Part shown: positions 50,896-61,185 of the stretch, one piece after another
How the letters are laid out: every line of letters starts with the position of its first letter
How positions within the stretch are numbered: the stretch's first letter is position 1
DNA from: Candidatus Avimuribaculum pullicola
GTDB lineage: Bacteria; Bacteroidota; Bacteroidia; Bacteroidales; Muribaculaceae
Direction of reading: 5' to 3'
Assembly: GCA_018716295.1 (NCBI GenBank)
Contig: DVKC01000025.1
Location: forward strand, 10,576-74,575
Length of the DNA: 64,000 nt
Made by a program: the position numbers and the translations under genes
Notes under the pieces: generated by a model
What the model saw: only the letters and a program-made list of their open reading frames with translations
Database searches by the model: none
What the model was told of the DNA's origin: nothing

Positions 50896-53451
50896 TTAAT
50901 TGTTTGATGTTTGAGATACTATTTCGTAGATAGGTGAATTGCCTTCTATTTTAAGTGCTGTTGCACCCTTGGGTACATCTATGGTATAAAATGGCTCGGT
51001 TGCGGAATATTGCTGTATAGTGTTGCCATCTTTATCCAAGAAAGTTAATGACAGCGGTTTAGCGTGAAGCCCTGTAAGCAATATGTATTTAGTGACACCT
51101 GGAGTGATGCCCATTTTCAAATATCCGTCGAGGTCGAATGCTGTTGTTGCGTTGTTGTCGAATGCCATAAGGGCCGTTTCAGTGTTTCCGTCTGTTTGCA
51201 AATCAAATCCGAGCGTTGAAATTGATGGCGAATTGACCTCGAATGAGCGAACAGCTACATAATTGGTGCGTCGTGAGTCAAGACGTTTCAGCCTGACGTA
51301 TCGAGCTTTTACTGCCGTCCCGTTCCATTCAATTACATACTGGTTACGCAAGTCGCCGATGAGGGTAGTCCATGTAGTGCCATCGGTCGAGCATTCGAGT
51401 GCGGCATGGTCGAAGAAGTCAACATCATTCACCGAGTTGCGGCCTTGCAATATTTTTACCGAAGTGATTTCCCTCACGCTTTTAAGGTCGATTCCTACCC
51501 AGCTGCCAGCACGTTGTGGCAACGCCGATGTGTAAAATGTGGTAGAATCGCCATCAAGCATGAGCATGGGTTGAGTGGTGCGTGAATTGGGAAACGAGCT
51601 TATTCCGCGGTAATTGCAAGGTACTTCTCCCGACAGTTTCCCGAGGAAGCGAAATGCAATATCTTCCATGGCATTGTCGTAGAATGGTTGCAATTTCATT
51701 GTACCCGATTTGTGGGCTTCGTAGTTGCGGCGGTCGTCGCTACTCATGATGTTTTCGGCATATTTGTTCCACAATGCAGCATCGTCGTTTCCCGAACGGA
51801 ACATTTCTATGAGTTCTACAGCACGTTTGCCGCGAGTGCCGAGTTTGCCAAATTCGATGAGCCATGGGCGCAGTTCTGCCAGCAATTGAGCATTGTTGCA
51901 GTTTTCCATTTGTGCCGGTACTTGCTCGATGCGCTCAAATTCGGCTTTCAATGCTTCGGCATCGGATTTGTTCCAGTTGTCGATGTTGAAAGTCGTTGTT
52001 TCCCACGATTCGGCACGTCGGTAACCTGTTTCGGTATCGCATGAGTGTATTGCAAAAGTGCGGTAAGCCTCGGTTGCGCCGTATGCCATTTCGTGCAAGC
52101 CTCGTTCCCAGTTGTCGATTGGGTTGTAACTGGCAACGTTCCAGGCATAGTCGGCAACGCCATATAATGCAAGTTTTGATGCTTCGCCATGTTCCATGGG
52201 ATTGCTAAGCACGCCGCTAAGGTCATCGGTTGTGAGCGATGTGTCAAGCCCGTATGCAGGGCCTTGCAACACGATGTTGCGTACATAATCGGTTACAGGA
52301 TAGTTCCACCAAAACAGGGCTGGCCGCTTGATGCGTGAGTTCACCCATTCGAGTGTACTTGCTGTGATGTCGCTGCACACCACGTCGCCAGTCCAGAATA
52401 CCTTTATGCCAGTGTCTAAGTTTGTACCAAAGTATGGCAAGCTGCCGCGAGGCGTGGGATTGGCCCACGACTTGTTATAGTCGGTAGGACATAAAATAAG
52501 TTGTTCGATGTCGTCGCGGACGTTTACAAATTCTTTTGTCAGGCGGTTGAGCAATGCCGTTTGTTTCGAGGGGCTTGTGCCATCACCCGAGATATCGTCA
52601 AAGAAGATTGCAAATTGTCTTACTCCCAGGTCATACATCATCTCAAATTTATGAAGCAAGTTGGAATAATCCTCGTCGTTCCACTTGATATCTTGCCCGG
52701 GGTGTATTGCCCACACGAAGTTGACATGGTTGCGGCGGCAAGCTTGTACAAGTTCCTTGATTTGGTCGGCTTCTTGTTTGGGATATGGAAGCCTCCAATT
52801 GGGGCTGCTGTGGTATGGGTCATCTTTAGGCCCATATACGTAGGTATTCATTTTGAATCGGCCGAAGAAGTCAATAAGTGATAACCTGACTTGGTGTGAC
52901 CAGGGTGTACCATAAAATCCTTCCACTACACCACGAATGGGCAAGGTCGGGTAGTCGTTTATTGTCATGCAGGGGAGTTGTTTGCCGCCTTGGCTTGCTG
53001 GCGAGTCAAGGAGTTGGCGCAGCGTTTGTAATCCATAGAAAGCCCCATTTTCGTCATATCCGACAATTGTAATATCATCTGGCGTTATGTTCAGCGTATA
53101 TGCTCCGGCTATGTGTTTCACCGAGGCTTTTGATGCGGCTTTCTCGCCGAAGTCGATGTTCAGCTCAATTCCTTTATCGTTGGTCGTGAGGAATTTCATG
53201 TCTTCGGCAAATCGTTTTTTGCGGTCATTTACCTTTACTCCCGATGTTATATCGAGAGTTTTGCTGCTGTCAATATCGACCGATTGCGGCGTGGGATTTA
53301 TGATTATGCCGTGATGATCGATTTTGAAACCATCGACAGGCTTGTATTCTTGTATTTCTTGACGCTGTGCCGACAGGTCGAAATCTTGAGCCACAGTAGT
53401 CGAGCCGCATAGCAGGGCGGCGCATGCTGTTATTACAGGTATTAATTTCAT
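50896..53451 (-). CDS. GH84 beta-N-acetylglucosaminidase (O-GlcNAcase-like) with C-terminal discoidin domain
   Basis: RGVVEGFYGTPWSHQ and FAIFFDDISGDG (catalytic DD pair). Signal peptide present. Confidence 0.9.
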   Translation of the reverse strand: MKLIPVITACAALLCGSTTVAQDFDLSAQRQEIQEYKPVDGFKIDHHGIIINPTPQSVDIDSSKTLDITSGVKVNDRKKRFAEDMKFLTTNDKGIELNIDFGEKAASKASVKHIAGAYTLNITPDDITIVGYDENGAFYGLQTLRQLLDSPASQGGKQLPCMTINDYPTLPIRGVVEGFYGTPWSHQVRLSLIDFFGRFKMNTYVYGPKDDPYHSSPNWRLPYPKQEADQIKELVQACRRNHVNFVWAIHPGQDIKWNDEDYSNLLHKFEMMYDLGVRQFAIFFDDISGDGTSPSKQTALLNRLTKEFVNVRDDIEQLILCPTDYNKSWANPTPRGSLPYFGTNLDTGIKVFWTGDVVCSDITASTLEWVNSRIKRPALFWWNYPVTDYVRNIVLQGPAYGLDTSLTTDDLSGVLSNPMEHGEASKLALYGVADYAWNVASYNPIDNWERGLHEMAYGATEAYRTFAIHSCDTETGYRRAESWETTTFNIDNWNKSDAEALKAEFERIEQVPAQMENCNNAQLLAELRPWLIEFGKLGTRGKRAVELIEMFRSGNDDAALWNKYAENIMSSDDRRNYEAHKSGTMKLQPFYDNAMEDIAFRFLGKLSGEVPCNYRGISSFPNSRTTQPMLMLDGDSTTFYTSALPQRAGSWVGIDLKSVREITSVKILQGRNSVNDVDFFDHAALECSTDGTTWTTLIGDLRNQYVIEWNGTAVKARYVRLKRLDSRRTNYVAVRSFEVNSPSISTLGFDLQTDGNTETALMAFDNNATTAFDLDGYLKMGITPGVTKYILLTGLHAKPLSLTFLDKDGNTIQQYSATEPFYTIDVPKGATALKIEGNSPIYEIVSQTSNN

Positions 53452-53468
53452 ATTGTGGTAGTTATCTA

Positions 53469-54068
53469 TTATAGTTTCACAGTTGTTTGGTAACGTTTTC
53501 GGTCGGCATCAGTGATTTTTCGTATCACCCGACATGGGTTGCCGGCTGCGAGTACGCCAGCGGGGATGTCTTTGTTGACAACACTCCCAGCACCAATCGC
53601 CGAGCCGCTTCCTATGGTCACTCCAGGCAATATGCACACTTGTCCGCCAATCCACACATTGTCGCCAACAGTGATGGGCAAGGCATATTCGAGTCCTTCG
53701 TTGCGTCGCTCATGGTCGAGAGGATGGCCGGCTGTGTAAAAGCCGCATTGCGGGGCAACAAACACATTGTTGCCGAGTATCACTTTCGCACCATCGAGAA
53801 TGACACACTCATGGTTGATGAATACGTTGTCGCCAAATTCTATATTATATCCATAGTCGCAGTAAAACGGCGGTTCGATTTGGCAATTCATGCCAGCTTT
53901 GCCCAACAAGCGTCGCATGATTTCTTCACGCTTCATTGTCAGTGACGGGCGCAAGTTGTTGAGTTCAAAGCATAGTTCCTTGGCTGCGATGCGTTCGGCC
54001 ACCAATTCGGGGTCGTAGTTGGCATCATATAACACGCCTGGCTTGACGTTCATTTTCTTTGTATTCAT
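53469..54068 (-). CDS. Maltose/galactoside-type sugar O-acetyltransferase (left-handed beta-helix)
   Basis: Mac-type N-terminus and hexapeptide repeats (VWIGGQVCILPGVTIGSGSAIGAGSVV). Confidence 0.85.
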   Translation of the reverse strand: MNTKKMNVKPGVLYDANYDPELVAERIAAKELCFELNNLRPSLTMKREEIMRRLLGKAGMNCQIEPPFYCDYGYNIEFGDNVFINHECVILDGAKVILGNNVFVAPQCGFYTAGHPLDHERRNEGLEYALPITVGDNVWIGGQVCILPGVTIGSGSAIGAGSVVNKDIPAGVLAAGNPCRVIRKITDADRKRYQTTVKL

Positions 54069-54070
54069 AT

Positions 54071-56362
54071 TTAATTGGTATTTTGTTTAATGTTGTTTTC
54101 TGTTGAGAAAGAATATGGACGGTCGGTTGCCGCAATGCCGCGCTGTTTGTTGGGTGCGGCTTGCATGTTGAGTTGCAGCGTGCCGCCTTTTTGAAGGTCG
54201 GTGTGGCTGTAGTAGGTTTTTGAGTACTCCTTCCCGTTGAGCGTTGCCGAGTGTATGTATATGTTTTGGCTGTTATTGCTTGGAGCGTTGATTGTGAATG
54301 TGTTGCCATTCTCGAAATGTAGTGTTGCCCGTTTGAAAAGAGGGCTTCCTGCCACATATTGGTCTGTCCCGGGGCATACGGGGTAGAATCCGAGTGCCGA
54401 GAATACATACCATGCCGATGTCTGTCCGTTGTCCTCGTCACCGCAGTAGCCATCGGGTGTCGGGGCATATAGCTTCTCCATCACCTCTCGTAGTCGTTGT
54501 TGTGCCGTCCATGGTCGGCCGGCATAATTGTAAAGGTATATTATATGTTGTATGGGCTGGTTTCCGTGGGCATAGTTTCCCATGTTCATCACAGCCATTT
54601 CGCGTATTTCGTGAATTGGGAATCCATAATAGCTGTCATCGTATGCAGGTGGAATGGTGAAAACCGAGTCTAATTTTGCAACGAAAGCATCGTCACCTCC
54701 CATTAAGTCAACGAGGCCTTGCACATCGTGAAATACCGACCATGTGTAGTGCCAACTGTTCCCTTCGGTGAAAGCGTCGCCCCACTTCAGGGGTGAGAAT
54801 GGCGTTTGGAATTTCCCGTTTTCCAGTCGTCCACGCATCAGATGTGTAGAGTGGTCAAAAAGATTGCGGTAATTCATGGCTCGTTTCTCAAGTTCGGCTA
54901 TTTCAGCACTTGGACGATTGATGGCGCGAGCCACTTGCAGAATGCACCAGTCGTTGTAGGCATATTCGAGTGTACGTGCGGCACTTTCGGCTATGCCCAC
55001 ATTGCATGGCACATATCCGAGTTTGTTGTAATATTCATGTCCGAGTCGCCCAGTTGAGCCGACTGTTGGGTGAACATTGCGCGTGCCATGCTGCAACCCG
55101 TTGTATAATGTTACGATGTCATCTACTTTTATCCCTTTTATGTAAGCGTCGGCAAGCACCGAGGCCGAGTTGTTGCCAACCATGCACCCTCGGTGTCCCG
55201 GACTTGCCCATTCGGGGAAGAAACCGCTTTCGCGATAGGCATTAAGCAATCCTTCTTGTATCTCTTTGTTGACCGATGGGTACATTAGGTTAAGCAATGG
55301 GAACAGGCTGCGGAAAGTGTCCCAGAAACCTGTGTCGGTGTACATAAATCCAGGTAATACCTGCCCGTTGTAGGGGCTGTAATGGACAGGACTGCCGTCA
55401 GGCTGAATTTCATAGAACTTGCGAGGAAACAGCAGCGAACGGTATAGGCATGAGTAGAACGTGCGCAGTTGGTCGGTTGTTCCGCCGTCCACATCAATTC
55501 GGCCAAGCACCTCGTTCCATCTTGCTTTGCCATTGAGGGCGATATCGTCAAGTTGCATGTTGCCCAATTCGTCCATGTTTAATTGCGCCTGTTCATGGCT
55601 TATGAATGATGAAGCCACACGCACATTCACTTGTTCTCCTCGATGTGTGGAAAATCCCACTATGGCGCAAGCATGGTCGGCTATCTGGTGTCGAGTGCCT
55701 GAGTGCAGCGTATCGTTGGCTACTGTAGCTGTGTATGAAAATGGTTTGTCAAATTCGATTATGAAATAATTCCTGAAGTTTTCAGGGACACCTCCGTTGT
55801 TGAACGAGCTGTAGCCGATTATTTTGTTCTCATCGGGGATTATGGTCACTTGTGAGCCTCCGTTGAAAGCATCTATGAGAATATAAGAGCTATCGCATTC
55901 GGGAAATGTGAAACGCAGCATGGCTGCACGTTCGGTGGGCGCGATTTCGGCAAATATGTCGTATGATGCGAGGTAAACGCTGTAATAGTAGGGCGTTGCA
56001 GTTTCTCCTTTGTGGGAATACCAACTTGCTCGCATGTCTTCGTCATATTCGGGTTTCCCTGTCATGGGCATTATCGAGAAGCAGCCATAGTCGTTGATCC
56101 ATGGGCTGGGTTGGTGAGTTTGTTTGAAACCGTTGATTTCGAGGTCGCTATATACATATTGCCATCCATCGCCATTGTGGCGCGTCTGTGGAGTCCAGCA
56201 ATTCATTCCCCATGGCATGGCTATGGCGGGATAGGTGTTGCCGCTTGACAATTCAAATGATGATAGTGTACCCATCAACGGGTTTACATATTGTGTGTAG
56301 TCGGCTTGCGCTACAATGTGGCACAAGCTGCATATTGTGATGGGGAGTAATAGTTTGTTCAT
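54071..56362 (-). CDS. GH92 alpha-mannosidase
   Basis: YVNPLMGT N-terminal signature and the GH92 C-terminal catalytic domain (GDEDNGQTSAWYV). ATG at 56362. Confidence 0.9.
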   Translation of the reverse strand: MNKLLLPITICSLCHIVAQADYTQYVNPLMGTLSSFELSSGNTYPAIAMPWGMNCWTPQTRHNGDGWQYVYSDLEINGFKQTHQPSPWINDYGCFSIMPMTGKPEYDEDMRASWYSHKGETATPYYYSVYLASYDIFAEIAPTERAAMLRFTFPECDSSYILIDAFNGGSQVTIIPDENKIIGYSSFNNGGVPENFRNYFIIEFDKPFSYTATVANDTLHSGTRHQIADHACAIVGFSTHRGEQVNVRVASSFISHEQAQLNMDELGNMQLDDIALNGKARWNEVLGRIDVDGGTTDQLRTFYSCLYRSLLFPRKFYEIQPDGSPVHYSPYNGQVLPGFMYTDTGFWDTFRSLFPLLNLMYPSVNKEIQEGLLNAYRESGFFPEWASPGHRGCMVGNNSASVLADAYIKGIKVDDIVTLYNGLQHGTRNVHPTVGSTGRLGHEYYNKLGYVPCNVGIAESAARTLEYAYNDWCILQVARAINRPSAEIAELEKRAMNYRNLFDHSTHLMRGRLENGKFQTPFSPLKWGDAFTEGNSWHYTWSVFHDVQGLVDLMGGDDAFVAKLDSVFTIPPAYDDSYYGFPIHEIREMAVMNMGNYAHGNQPIQHIIYLYNYAGRPWTAQQRLREVMEKLYAPTPDGYCGDEDNGQTSAWYVFSALGFYPVCPGTDQYVAGSPLFKRATLHFENGNTFTINAPSNNSQNIYIHSATLNGKEYSKTYYSHTDLQKGGTLQLNMQAAPNKQRGIAATDRPYSFSTENNIKQNTN

Positions 56363-56366
56363 TGTT

Positions 56367-58592
56367 TCAATACCATTTTGCTGGTTGTTTGCCCATTTCA
56401 ATCTCAAGGATGCCGCCAGCGGCTATGTCGGTGAAGTCGAGCCAAGCCTTGTGGTATGGTTGCCCGTTGAGCTTGATGTGTTGGATATATTTGTTTTGTT
56501 GCGAATTGTTTTTGGCTATTATTGTGAATGTGCCTCCGCTTACATTTATTTCGGTTTTGTCGAATATGGGTGAGCCTATGTAGTATCGGCTTGTGGCAGG
56601 GTTGACTTGATAGAACCCCATTGCCGAGAGTATATACCAGGCCGACATTGCTCCCACATCTTCGTTGCCGCATAGACCGTCGGGCGAGGTCGTGTAAAGC
56701 GAGTCAAGTATTTGCCGTACACGGTCGGCGGTTTTCCAAGGCTCTCCAAGCATAGTGTAGAAGTAGGCTATGTGGTGGCTTGGTTCATTGCCGTGGGCGT
56801 ATTGGCCAATCATGCCCGAGATGTCGGGAGATATGTCGTTCCCTTCAAGTGCCGAGCTGATTGTGAACAGTGAGTCGAGTTTGGCAATAAAATCTTCTTT
56901 CGATGGAAAGCAGCTTGCAAGTCGGGGCAAATCGTGAGGGACAAGGAATGTGTATTGCCAAGCATTGCCCTCGCAATAGTCGTCGTTTCGGTGGTCGGAC
57001 GACAATGGATTGAAAGGCTCGTTGAAATTGCCGCTGCTGTCGATGCCTCGCATGAAGCGTGTGGCAGGGTCAAAGTGGTGCAGGTAGCTGTGGCTACGTT
57101 TTAGAAAATAGCTGTAGCCTGCGGTGTCGCCCACCATTTGTGCCACTTGTGCCACGCAACGGTCGGCAATGTCATATTCCAGGTCGTAAGCTACCGATTC
57201 TTTCATCTTGTCGCAAGGAATATAGCCATATTGTTTGCGCCATTTCATTCCGCGCGAGTCGAGCATGGCCGAGTTTTTCATGGCACGGTATGCTCGGTCG
57301 TTATCGCTGGCATATCCTTTTATTGTCGCATCGGCAAGTATGCATACGCCTGGATTGCCAACCATGGTGTTTGTTTCACACCCCATGAGATGCCACACAG
57401 GCAGCTTGCCTTGTTGGTCGTGTATTGCAAGGAATGTGTTTACTACATCTCGGGTAAGTTGCGGGTGTATTATCGTCATCAATGGGTGTGCGGCTCGGTA
57501 GGTGTCCCAGCATGAAAATGTGGTGTAGTATATGAAATCGGTCGAATGATGTATCTTGCCATCGGCACCGCGGTAATCACCGTTTATATCACTGAATATT
57601 GATGGTGCTACCATCGTGTGGTATAGTGCGGTGTAGAATATTTCACGATGTGAAGTGTTGGCGGTGGTGATTTTGATTTTCGACAATTCACTGTTCCAGG
57701 CACTATCGGCTTGTGCCGTGCAGCGGTCAAAGTCCCAGTGGGGCAGTTCGGCTTGCAAGTTGAGCAGTGCGTTGATGGTCGATGTCGGCGACAAAGCTAC
57801 TTTTACATATACGGGTTTGCCCGGCTGCGCGTCGATGTTGGCGCGGGCATAAACAGTAGTGCCGCTGCAACTGTTGGTAGCAGTGATATTTTCCCAGTCG
57901 GTATAGAAGTCAAGTGATGTTATCGGTGTGGAAAATTCGGCGACGAAATATATGCGCTGGTCGTTGGCCCAGCCGCGTGAACACCTGTATCCAGCCACCA
58001 TGTTGTCGGTCCAGCGCGTCACGGCGGCCTCGGTGGGCTGGTCCCACCCTCCGCCATTCTGCAAATCGATGACGATTGCTGCGCTATCGGGATTGGAGAA
58101 TGTGTATTTGTGAAATCCTACGCGGCTTGTTGCTGTGAGTTCCACATCGATGTCGTATCGGGTGAGCCGTGTCGCATAGTAGCCTGGTCGCGCGGTTTCG
58201 CACTTTCGGTCGGAGTATGACCATAATCCCGATTGCTGGCTGCCAGTATTGCCACGGGCATATTTTACAGTACCGTTCACAGGCATCAGTGTGACATCGT
58301 GCAAGTCGCCTATGCCTGTCCCACTGAGGTGGGTGTGAGGAAACCCGATGATAGTTGAGTCGCTTATGTGGTAGCCCGAACACCAGTCCCATTCTTGCGG
58401 AATGCTCGTTGGGCCTAATTGTACTAATCCGAACGGTACATTTGCTCCATAGAATACGTGTCCGTGTCCGCCTGTGCCTATCAACGGATTGACATATTGT
58501 GTCAAATTTTCACTTGGTGCGGTATCGTCAGTCGTTGTGCAGGCTGTAGTGGCGATAAGTAGTGCTGTTGCAATTATGGCGGCGGTTTTCAT
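56367..58592 (-). CDS. GH92 alpha-mannosidase
   Basis: YVNPLIGTGGHGH and GNEDVGAMSAWYI motifs. Confidence 0.9.
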   Translation of the reverse strand: MKTAAIIATALLIATTACTTTDDTAPSENLTQYVNPLIGTGGHGHVFYGANVPFGLVQLGPTSIPQEWDWCSGYHISDSTIIGFPHTHLSGTGIGDLHDVTLMPVNGTVKYARGNTGSQQSGLWSYSDRKCETARPGYYATRLTRYDIDVELTATSRVGFHKYTFSNPDSAAIVIDLQNGGGWDQPTEAAVTRWTDNMVAGYRCSRGWANDQRIYFVAEFSTPITSLDFYTDWENITATNSCSGTTVYARANIDAQPGKPVYVKVALSPTSTINALLNLQAELPHWDFDRCTAQADSAWNSELSKIKITTANTSHREIFYTALYHTMVAPSIFSDINGDYRGADGKIHHSTDFIYYTTFSCWDTYRAAHPLMTIIHPQLTRDVVNTFLAIHDQQGKLPVWHLMGCETNTMVGNPGVCILADATIKGYASDNDRAYRAMKNSAMLDSRGMKWRKQYGYIPCDKMKESVAYDLEYDIADRCVAQVAQMVGDTAGYSYFLKRSHSYLHHFDPATRFMRGIDSSGNFNEPFNPLSSDHRNDDYCEGNAWQYTFLVPHDLPRLASCFPSKEDFIAKLDSLFTISSALEGNDISPDISGMIGQYAHGNEPSHHIAYFYTMLGEPWKTADRVRQILDSLYTTSPDGLCGNEDVGAMSAWYILSAMGFYQVNPATSRYYIGSPIFDKTEINVSGGTFTIIAKNNSQQNKYIQHIKLNGQPYHKAWLDFTDIAAGGILEIEMGKQPAKWY

Positions 58593-60949
58593 CGTGTCAT
58601 TGTTGTGTTTGGTTCGTTCCCCATTGTCAATTTCAGCGTGCCTCCGTTTACGATTTGCTTGTAAGGCAACGAGTATTCATTCAATACCTTGTTATTGAAT
58701 TGAATGTGTTGAATGTATATGTTGTCGGGGCTGTTGTTTTCAACCTCGATTGTAAATGGGCATGGGCGGTCGGGGTGCGTGATGGTGATGCGGTCAAACA
58801 CGGGACTGCCGATTTGGAATGACGGGTGTTTGTCGCTAAGCCCTTTTACATCGAAAAGTCCAATCGACGACATCACATACCATGCACCCAATTGTCCCTG
58901 GTCTTCATCTTGCCCATATCCATAGCCGTGTATCTCTTCAGTGCCGTAAAACTCGTTGCAGATGGTGCGTACCCACTTCTGTGTGAGCCATGGACGACCT
59001 GAGAAGTTGAAAAGCCATGAAATGTGGAGATTTGGCTGGTTGCCATGGTTATATACGCCTGAAATTCCGGCAAAGGCATCCACGGTAGTGCCACCGCCAA
59101 ATATATTGCCCTGTGAAACAATGAATATGCTGTCTAATCGTGAATTGAATCGCTCGGCACCAACCATTTCGACAAGTTCTTGTGGCTTGTGCGGAACGTA
59201 GAAAGTATATTGCCATGCGTTCCCTTCTTGGAAACCCACCCAGGGGCGTGAAGGGTTGAATGGCGTGATAAACTGTCCTGCTTTGTCGCGAGGGCGCATG
59301 AAGTGGATTGATGGGTCGTAAATCATCCGCCACCCATCGGCAAGCCGGGCAAGTGTGTCGCTGTCGGTCGTTTTGCCGAGTGATGCTGCGAATTGCCCCA
59401 CGGCGTATGCACTGAAGCTGTATTCAAGCGTGTGTGAAGCCCCGAAAGGAGAACCATCGCGGTGGTATTCATCGTTGATGCCAGTGCTTGGCACGTATGG
59501 CGAGTAGCCATGCCGCACAAAAGCTCCCACATCGGCTTTGCCAGAGCCTATCGGACGGTTTTTCCAGCCAAGTTCGTTTTTCAATGCAGCCTCGTAGGCG
59601 GTTTCTACCGTTTCTGGTGGCAATAATCCGCAATTATACGCCCCGGCAATGATAAGCCCCATGAAGTTGGTGCCAACTCCCGACACATAACGGCTGCAAG
59701 CTATGCCATCGGCGAGCCAACCTGTTTCTTTGTATATAAGTAGTTGGCTTTGCACGAAATCGGTATAATATTCGGGATAAGCCAATGCCCACAGTAGCGA
59801 CAAGTTCCAGTAGCCGCCCCACATTGCATCGGTGTTGTAATGGTGGTGAATGGGCTTCCCTGTGGCAGGGTCGAGGGGTATTTGCCCTATTGTTCCGTCG
59901 TTGCGAGGATATGCCCCGTTCACGTCGCTGGCCAATCCGCGTCCGAGCAAGGCGTGGAACAGGCCGGTGTAGAACTTGGTGCGGTCGGCCTCGCTGCCCC
60001 CTTCCACATTTATGCGCCCCAATGCGTCTTCCCATGCTTTGGTCGCTTCAACTTTGGCCGAGTCGAAACACATGTTTGCTGCCTCGGCATTGAGGTTGTT
60101 TCTGGCATTTTCAATTGAAGTATATGACACGCCCACTTTCACCTCGATTGTCCTGTCGGCTTCTGCGCGGGTGTCGAAGTTCATGTATAGCCCTGCACCG
60201 ATGCCGCTTGTTTCTTGGGCGTTTGAATTGACCGTGTCGCCATTGAATGTACCGCATGATACAGGTAAATGGTCAACAGTGGCGTAAAAATAGATCTTTA
60301 TGTCGGCTCCCGGCTGGTATTTTTGCACGTATGCTGGTTCGGTGACAACATAGCCTTCTACAATTCCCGCGCCGTAGTATTTTACGTATGCGTCTTTGAC
60401 TGGGCCGCTTTCGCCCCAGCGGTGGCCAATGTCAAATATCAGGTGTGCATCTTCGGTGGCTGGGAAGGTGTATCGATGAAATCCCACGCGCCGTGTGGCG
60501 GTCAGTTCGGCTAAAATGCCATAGTCTTTCAATATCACCGAATAATAACCAGCTGTGGCATGTTCATCGCATTTGTCGAAAATGGAGCGATATCCGTCAA
60601 CTTCCCCGTCGAGCGAGCCGGGTGTGGTTTTCAATGTCCCGGTTGTGGGCATCAGTGATATGCCTCCTATTTGGAACTCATGCAGGTTGACAAATCCCTC
60701 GATGCTATTGTGTCGGGCATCGTATCCCACAGCTTGCCAGCCATCTTTGTTGCCGAGGCTGCCATTGGTGGATGGTGCTACTTTGGCCATGCCAAATGGC
60801 ATGGCGGCGGGAGTGTAGAAGAACCAGCGGCTGTGTGCTGTGCCTATGCCAGGGTTCACGTAGTCGGTAACCGACTTGGCATTGGCAGTAAATGTGCTTG
60901 CCACAAGGCACACGATGATTATGGCGGTTGTTAATGGTATTTGTTTCAT
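58589..60949 (-). CDS. GH92 alpha-mannosidase
   Basis: YVNPGIGTAHSRW and GQDEDQGQLGAWYV motifs. ATG 60949 gives a signal peptide (MKQIPLTTAIIIVCLVASTFTANA). The track extension to 61186 crosses the promoter. Confidence 0.9.
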   Translation of the reverse strand: MKQIPLTTAIIIVCLVASTFTANAKSVTDYVNPGIGTAHSRWFFYTPAAMPFGMAKVAPSTNGSLGNKDGWQAVGYDARHNSIEGFVNLHEFQIGGISLMPTTGTLKTTPGSLDGEVDGYRSIFDKCDEHATAGYYSVILKDYGILAELTATRRVGFHRYTFPATEDAHLIFDIGHRWGESGPVKDAYVKYYGAGIVEGYVVTEPAYVQKYQPGADIKIYFYATVDHLPVSCGTFNGDTVNSNAQETSGIGAGLYMNFDTRAEADRTIEVKVGVSYTSIENARNNLNAEAANMCFDSAKVEATKAWEDALGRINVEGGSEADRTKFYTGLFHALLGRGLASDVNGAYPRNDGTIGQIPLDPATGKPIHHHYNTDAMWGGYWNLSLLWALAYPEYYTDFVQSQLLIYKETGWLADGIACSRYVSGVGTNFMGLIIAGAYNCGLLPPETVETAYEAALKNELGWKNRPIGSGKADVGAFVRHGYSPYVPSTGINDEYHRDGSPFGASHTLEYSFSAYAVGQFAASLGKTTDSDTLARLADGWRMIYDPSIHFMRPRDKAGQFITPFNPSRPWVGFQEGNAWQYTFYVPHKPQELVEMVGAERFNSRLDSIFIVSQGNIFGGGTTVDAFAGISGVYNHGNQPNLHISWLFNFSGRPWLTQKWVRTICNEFYGTEEIHGYGYGQDEDQGQLGAWYVMSSIGLFDVKGLSDKHPSFQIGSPVFDRITITHPDRPCPFTIEVENNSPDNIYIQHIQFNNKVLNEYSLPYKQIVNGGTLKLTMGNEPNTTMTR

Positions 60950-60974
60950 GTCTGTCAATGGCGGTATTGATGCA

Positions 60975-60982
60975 CAAAGATA
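60975..60982 (-). promoter_or_regulatory. Bacteroidetes -7 box (TATCTTTG on minus strand)
   Basis: Perfect match 26 nt upstream of the ATG at 60949. Confidence 0.45.
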
Positions 60983-61080
60983 GTGCAAGGCGAGCGCAAT
61001 GGCAAAAAACGGCTTGCCGATTTTTTGCATTGCCGAGCCGCCGCCTGTCATATCTAAAGATAGTGCAAGGTGAGCGCAAT
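60976..61080. repeat. 25-bp direct repeat pair flanking an A6/T6 hairpin
   Basis: aaagatagtgcaagg[c/t]gagcgcaat occurs at 60976-61000 and 61056-61080 with one mismatch. A hairpin (gcaaaaaa...ttttttgc) lies at 61002-61028. Confidence 0.8.
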
Positions 61081-61153
61081 ATCCATGTTGTTGTGGAAAT
61101 TGCAGTGTGTAGCTGATATTGGGATTGGTGAGCAAGAATAAAAATATTATTTG

Positions 61154-61161
61154 TACATTTG
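61154..61161 (+). promoter_or_regulatory. Bacteroidetes -7 box (TACATTTG)
   Basis: Perfect match 25 nt upstream of the endonuclease ATG at 61186. Confidence 0.45.
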
Positions 61162-61185
61162 TGGATATAAATAATTGCGAATGCA

